This document shows, piece after piece, positions 7,829 through 12,827 of a stretch of 12,827 nt of DNA. The stretch comes from Candidatus Krumholzibacteriia bacterium (lineage in GTDB: Bacteria; Krumholzibacteriota; Krumholzibacteriia; WVZY01), in the NCBI GenBank assembly GCA_036478295.1, contig JAZGDW010000072.1, positions 1-12,827 on the forward strand, written 5' to 3'. The notes beneath the pieces were generated by a model. That model did no database searches and was not told the origin of the DNA. It saw nothing but the letters and a program-made list of their open reading frames with translations. Positions within the stretch are counted from its first letter, which is position 1; each line of letters opens with the position of its first letter. The position numbers were made by a program, and so were the translations under genes.

Positions 7829-8524
7829 TCAGGCGCCGCCACGAAGCCCCTGGATGGTTGCGGCGTAGTCGGCGCTCTTGAACACGGAAGTCCCGGCGAC
7901 GAGGACCTCGGCGCCGGCGTCGCGGGCGGCGGTCGCGGTGTCGAGCGTGATTCCGCCGTCGATCTCGATGGCGAAATGGAACCCGTGCTTTTCACGCAGT
8001 TCACGTGCCGCGTCGACTTTCGCCAGAACGTCCGCGATGAACGATTGGCCACCGAAGCCCGGGAACACACTCATCACCAGAAAGAGGTCCAGCTCACCCA
8101 GATAGTCCACCACGCGTTCGATCGGCGTATCCGGGTTCAGTGTTAGGCCGCATTTCCTGCCGCGATCTCTTATCATCTTGAGATCACGCCGCACATCGCT
8201 GCTCGCCTCTACGTGAATGGTGACGATATCGGAACCGGCGTCGATAAACGGTTCGATGTAGCGATCGGGATTTTCGATCATCAGGTGGGTGTCGAGCGCC
8301 AGGTCGGTCAGGCGACGGATCGCGCCCACGATGAACGGGCCGAACGTCAGGTTCGGAACAAAATGGCCGTCCATCACATCGAGGTGCAGGAGGTCCGCGC
8401 CGGCTGCCTCCACCGCCCTTATCTCTTGTTCCAGACGAGAAAAATCCGCCGATAGCACGCTCGGTGCCACCGCCGTCTCGTGGCTTTGGCCCGCGCTATT
8501 CGGAACCAGCTGCGACCAGCTCAA
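7829..8524 (-). CDS. rpe: Ribulose-phosphate 3-epimerase
   Basis: APSVLSADF, HLDVMDGHFVPNLTFG, DTHLMI, HVEA, MSVFPGFGGQSF, IEIDGGI, VAGTSVF. The TTG start has a GGAG SD and overlaps the PASTA gene end by 29 nt. Confidence 0.97.
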   Translation of the reverse strand: MSWSQLVPNSAGQSHETAVAPSVLSADFSRLEQEIRAVEAAGADLLHLDVMDGHFVPNLTFGPFIVGAIRRLTDLALDTHLMIENPDRYIEPFIDAGSDIVTIHVEASSDVRRDLKMIRDRGRKCGLTLNPDTPIERVVDYLGELDLFLVMSVFPGFGGQSFIADVLAKVDAARELREKHGFHFAIEIDGGITLDTATAARDAGAEVLVAGTSVFKSADYAATIQGLRGGA

Positions 8525-9224
8525 TCGAGTCTCCTTCTCGGATCATAACGCCCGGCCGGGGTGATTGGTCCACAATGGTGTTTGGGTACACGTCACGCCG
8601 TGACTCGTACCGCACGTTGCTGACGCGGAAACCCGAACTTTCCAGCTTGTCACGGATGAAGAGCAGGTCCTGGCCTTCGAGGTCGGGCATCATGTACTGT
8701 TTCGGCCGGCCCCCGACCCCGACCAGCAAATCGATTTCCGTACCCTCTTCAACCTGCCGCCCGGCGTTCGGCGCACAGGCGATCACCGTCTCGCGCGAGT
8801 CGCCTGCCCGCAGCACCCGGGCGATGCGCCCGGCGGCCAGTTTTTGCCGGTTGAGAACGAGGCGTCCCTGGCGAAGCGTCATGTTTTTCAGCTCGGGGAC
8901 CCGCTGGGTCTTGGGACCGAGGCTCACCACCACGGAAACGGTTCGCCCTTCCTTGACGCTGTCGTTCGCCCGCGGTCGCTGGGAGATGATATGTCCGTCG
9001 GGAACATCGGGGTGGTACTCACTACGGTCCACCCGGAAGCGCAGGGACACGCGCTCCACTGATCTCTCCGCCTGCTCCTTGTTCTCCGCCCGCACATCGG
9101 GGACGATGACACTGTTGCGCTGGTGGACGGCCAGCGGCATCACCACGAAGTTTATGACCAACGCACCGAACACAAAGATGCCGACCGTGGCGAGCAAAAC
9201 AAGACCGAGCAAGCGAAATTTCAT
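8496..9224 (-). CDS. Membrane-anchored protein with three PASTA domains and no kinase domain (242 aa)
   Basis: The ATG at 9224 follows GGAG and precedes an N-terminal hydrophobic segment. Three repeats begin VPDV, VPEL and MPDL, each ending in I(I/V)xQ/CxP..G..V/I....V/I.L/V.V. Confidence 0.9.
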   Translation of the reverse strand: MKFRLLGLVLLATVGIFVFGALVINFVVMPLAVHQRNSVIVPDVRAENKEQAERSVERVSLRFRVDRSEYHPDVPDGHIISQRPRANDSVKEGRTVSVVVSLGPKTQRVPELKNMTLRQGRLVLNRQKLAAGRIARVLRAGDSRETVIACAPNAGRQVEEGTEIDLLVGVGGRPKQYMMPDLEGQDLLFIRDKLESSGFRVSNVRYESRRDVYPNTIVDQSPRPGVMIREGDSIELVAAGSE

Positions 9225-9288
9225 AACCTGTTTCTCCGGCCCCCCATGTCGCCGGGGGTCTCCCGCGCATCGGGCCATGGGCCACGGT

Positions 9289-9294
9289 ATTATA
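9289..9294 (-). promoter_or_regulatory. Possible -10 element upstream of the PASTA-rpe pair
   Basis: A perfect TATAAT on the minus strand in the 121-bp fmt/PASTA gap. The nearest -35-like TTGGAC is 20 bp away, which is non-canonical spacing. Confidence 0.4.
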
Positions 9295-9345
9295 CAAACG
9301 GGACGGCGGCCTGCGTCCAACGTTTTTTCGGAGATCGGTCCGTTC

Positions 9346-10302
9346 TCATCCCAGCTTTTCACCCTTCGTCACGCCGTATCCCGACACGAACGCACTCGCG
9401 CTCATCGCCTTGCCACCCGCGGGTTTTAAGGAGACGAGCTCCAGGACTCCGCGGCCGGTCCCCACGCAGAGCGGCTTCACCGAAGCGACCACACCCGGCG
9501 CCGATCCCCCCGGGCCTGCGGTGCTCTCGAGCACTATGAGCCGCTTGCCGCCGTACTCGGTGTGGGCGCTGGGCGACGGCGACATCGCCCGCACCTGGCG
9601 CCAGATTTCGACGGCGTCGCGGCTCCAGTCGATGCGCCCGTGTTCCTTGCGGATCTTCTTCGTATAATTGGCGAGCGCCTCGTCCTGCTTCTCGCCGTGG
9701 ATTTCACCGCTGAGGATACCCGAGAGGGTTTGCAGCACCAGCGCGGCGCCGAGGTCGGCGAGCCGTTTTTCCAATGAACCCGCCGTGTCCGCGTCGGCAA
9801 TCGGCGTCGACGCGGAGTGCAACAAATCGCCGGTGTCGATTCCCTCGTCCATCCGCATCGTCGTACACCCTGTTACCGCGTCTCCAGCGAGCAATGACGC
9901 CTGGATGGGAGATACACCGCGGTGCCGGGGCAAGAGTGACGCGTGAAGATTGATGCACCCGTACGACGGCAGCGACAGCAGATCCCGTTTCAATATCACA
10001 CCGAAGGCCGCAACGACGATGAAACCCGGCTCGAGTTCGCTTAGCGCCTCGACAATTTCGCCATAGTTGCCCCGCGACATCTCCATGACCGGCAGGCCAT
10101 GGGCCACCGCGTAGCTCTTGACGGCGGTCGCGGCGAGCTTTTTGCCCCTGCCCTTTGGGCGGTCCGGTTGGGTCACCACCCGTACGACGCCAAACGCATC
10201 ACTGGCAGCCAGCGCCTCCAGCGTCGGGACGGCGAAGTCCGGACTGCCCATGAACACAACTCTTGTGGTTGGATTCGCCAATTGGGAACTCCGCAGAATC
10301 AC
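9346..10302 (-). CDS. fmt: Methionyl-tRNA formyltransferase
   Basis: VVFMGSPDFA, VVTQPDRPKGRG, INLHASLLPRHRG.SPIQ, MDEGIDTGD, YTKKIRKE.GRIDW. Start is either GTG 10302 (GTGA overlap with the def stop) or TTG 10281 (GGAG SD). Confidence 0.97.
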   Translation of the reverse strand: MILRSSQLANPTTRVVFMGSPDFAVPTLEALAASDAFGVVRVVTQPDRPKGRGKKLAATAVKSYAVAHGLPVMEMSRGNYGEIVEALSELEPGFIVVAAFGVILKRDLLSLPSYGCINLHASLLPRHRGVSPIQASLLAGDAVTGCTTMRMDEGIDTGDLLHSASTPIADADTAGSLEKRLADLGAALVLQTLSGILSGEIHGEKQDEALANYTKKIRKEHGRIDWSRDAVEIWRQVRAMSPSPSAHTEYGGKRLIVLESTAGPGGSAPGVVASVKPLCVGTGRGVLELVSLKPAGGKAMSASAFVSGYGVTKGEKLG

Positions 10303-10823
10303 GACGGGCGTTTGCCGTTAGCGAGGTCTTTCAGTTCGGATTTTATGAGGCTCTTTTGCGCGCTGGAGAGATAATCGATGAACAGATTGCCGTCGAGATG
10401 GTCGATTTCGTGCAGCAATATGCGTCCCAGCATCGACCGGTCCACCAACTGATGAATCTCGCCTTTGAGGTCCTGGTATTCCACCCCTACCTGTCTCCGT
10501 CGCCGTACCGCCGCGATGACCCCCGGGATACTGAGACATCCTTCTTCGTGGGACCACAGCGCACCGCTGGTTGAAACGACCCTCGGATTGACCAGGACCA
10601 GCGGTTCGGCTTCCGTGTCCTCCGGTGTTTTCATTTGCAGCACCACAATGAGACGTTTGGTCAGCCCGACCTGTGGCGCGGCCAGGCCGATTCCGTTCTC
10701 GCGTCGCATCGTGGCGATCATGCCCGCGGCCAGTTCGCCCAGATCGCGGTCGAACCATTCGACGAGATCCGAGGTCTCTCTCAAGATGGGATCGGGGTAG
10801 TATCGTAACTCGAGCTTTTTCAT
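10299..10823 (-). CDS. def: Peptide deformylase
   Basis: GIGLAAPQVG, EGCLS and HEIDH motifs. The ATG at 10823 has a GAGGT SD and avoids overlap with yajC. Confidence 0.97.
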   Translation of the reverse strand: MKKLELRYYPDPILRETSDLVEWFDRDLGELAAGMIATMRRENGIGLAAPQVGLTKRLIVVLQMKTPEDTEAEPLVLVNPRVVSTSGALWSHEEGCLSIPGVIAAVRRRRQVGVEYQDLKGEIHQLVDRSMLGRILLHEIDHLDGNLFIDYLSSAQKSLIKSELKDLANGKRPS

Positions 10824-10869
10824 CGCCACGACCTCGACCGTGACATTCCGTCCGGCAGAGGGCGAAACA

Positions 10870-11181
10870 TCAGCTGTTTTTTGCAATCACCGACGCGACG
10901 GCCGTTTTGAGCAGCTCGATCTTCACATCGTCCGCGATCTTCAACACCAGTACGTTGTCCTTGATGCCGGCAACGGTGCCAAATATGCCACCGGTGGTCA
11001 TGACACGATCGCCTTTCTTTATCGATTCGATCGTCTTTTGCAACTGCTTCTGCTTTTTTTGCTGCGGCCGGATCAATATGAAATAGAAAATGGCGAAGGT
11101 CGCAAGGATCACGAACATGAACCCGAACTGCGGTCCACCCTGGCCCCCCGTACCCCCGGTTGCTACTGTCAACCAATTCAT
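10870..11181 (-). CDS. yajC: Preprotein translocase subunit YajC
   Basis: FAIFYFILIRPQQKKQK, IKKGDRVMTTGGIFGTV. AGGAGA SD. Follows tgt. Confidence 0.96.
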   Translation of the reverse strand: MNWLTVATGGTGGQGGPQFGFMFVILATFAIFYFILIRPQQKKQKQLQKTIESIKKGDRVMTTGGIFGTVAGIKDNVLVLKIADDVKIELLKTAVASVIAKNS

Positions 11182-11196
11182 TGTATCTCCTTACGG

Positions 11197-12380
<1,184 letters not shown>

Positions 12381-12400
12381 TACAATTCCGCCACACCGCC

Positions 12401-12502
12401 GCCGCGACTGGCGCAGTGACGGGCGATTGAACCAGACGCGGCTGGCGCAGTGACGGACGATTGAACCAGCCGCGACTGGCGCAGTGACGGGCGATTGGAG
12501 CA
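12401..12502. repeat. Intergenic tandem repeat, 3 x 34 bp, each with an imperfect palindrome
   Basis: gccgcgactggcgcagtgacgggcgattgaacca (12401-12434), gacgcggctggcgcagtgacggacgattgaacca (12435-12468), gccgcgactggcgcagtgacgggcgattggagca (12469-12502). Confidence 0.95.
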
Positions 12503-12598
12503 GGCACCGCTAGCGGCGCGGCCCACTCGTACCGGCTCAACCGCCGGGGGCAATTCCCGCGTCAATCGCCGCGGCCGTCCACGAGTCGCTACCCGTGA

Positions 12599-12827
12599 CT
12601 ACCGGATATAACCGAGGCTGCGGAGTTTTTCCCTGAGTGTGTCGTCGACACGGACTTCCTGCGCCCGCGCGGGCTCGGTGGAGAAGTGCTTGGCGAGCAT
12701 GACGAGGAGTTCCTTTGCCTTGGGGTTGCTGTCCGAATAGATGTTGCTTCGTTCGGCCGGATCCTTCGACAGGTCGTACATGTAGATGCCCGCGTGTACG
12801 TTGGTAATCTTGACGTAGGTGCCCTGG
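12599..12827 (-). CDS. C-terminus of a probable sulfatase-family (alkaline phosphatase superfamily) protein; 5'-truncated
   Basis: The frame is open to the window edge (QGTYVKITNVHAGIYMYDL...). YDLSKDPAERSNI and LREKLRSLGYI match common sulfatase C-terminal motifs. The catalytic region is not visible. Confidence 0.75.
   Translation of the reverse strand, partial: QGTYVKITNVHAGIYMYDLSKDPAERSNIYSDSNPKAKELLVMLAKHFSTEPARAQEVRVDDTLREKLRSLGYIR

Noticed and set aside
9225..9362. 46-aa N-terminal extension of the PASTA ORF as a kinase remnant
   Set aside because: No kinase motifs are present. It overlaps the fmt end and a TATAAT box, and the ATG at 9224 has an SD.
12401..12502. CRISPR array
   Set aside because: The units are contiguous with no unique spacers, there is no AT-rich leader, and no cas genes are in view.

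Overview
This is a GC-rich bacterial window with every credible gene on the minus strand, and it is mostly conserved housekeeping. Reading from right to left: the 3' end of a probable sulfatase-family gene, a 3x34-bp intergenic tandem repeat, tgt-yajC-def-fmt, a kinase-less 3xPASTA membrane protein, rpe, an AT-rich promoter/leader, ffh-rpsP-khpA-rimM-trmD-rplS-rnhB-yraN, and an uncharacterised lipoprotein. The last gene is a large (>572 aa, open at the window edge) secreted Cys/Trp-rich protein that the ORF track missed. I see no mobile element, CRISPR array, tRNA or rRNA, and I cannot support a complete novel system. The most interesting items are the unlisted secreted protein with a Cys/His cluster, an S16 with three 32-aa tandem repeats, the palindromic repeat beside an apparently leaderless tgt promoter, and an 18-bp direct repeat in the ffh leader. 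Gene order and motifs suggest an FCB-superphylum organism (inference only). All calls come from manual reading; no searches were run.
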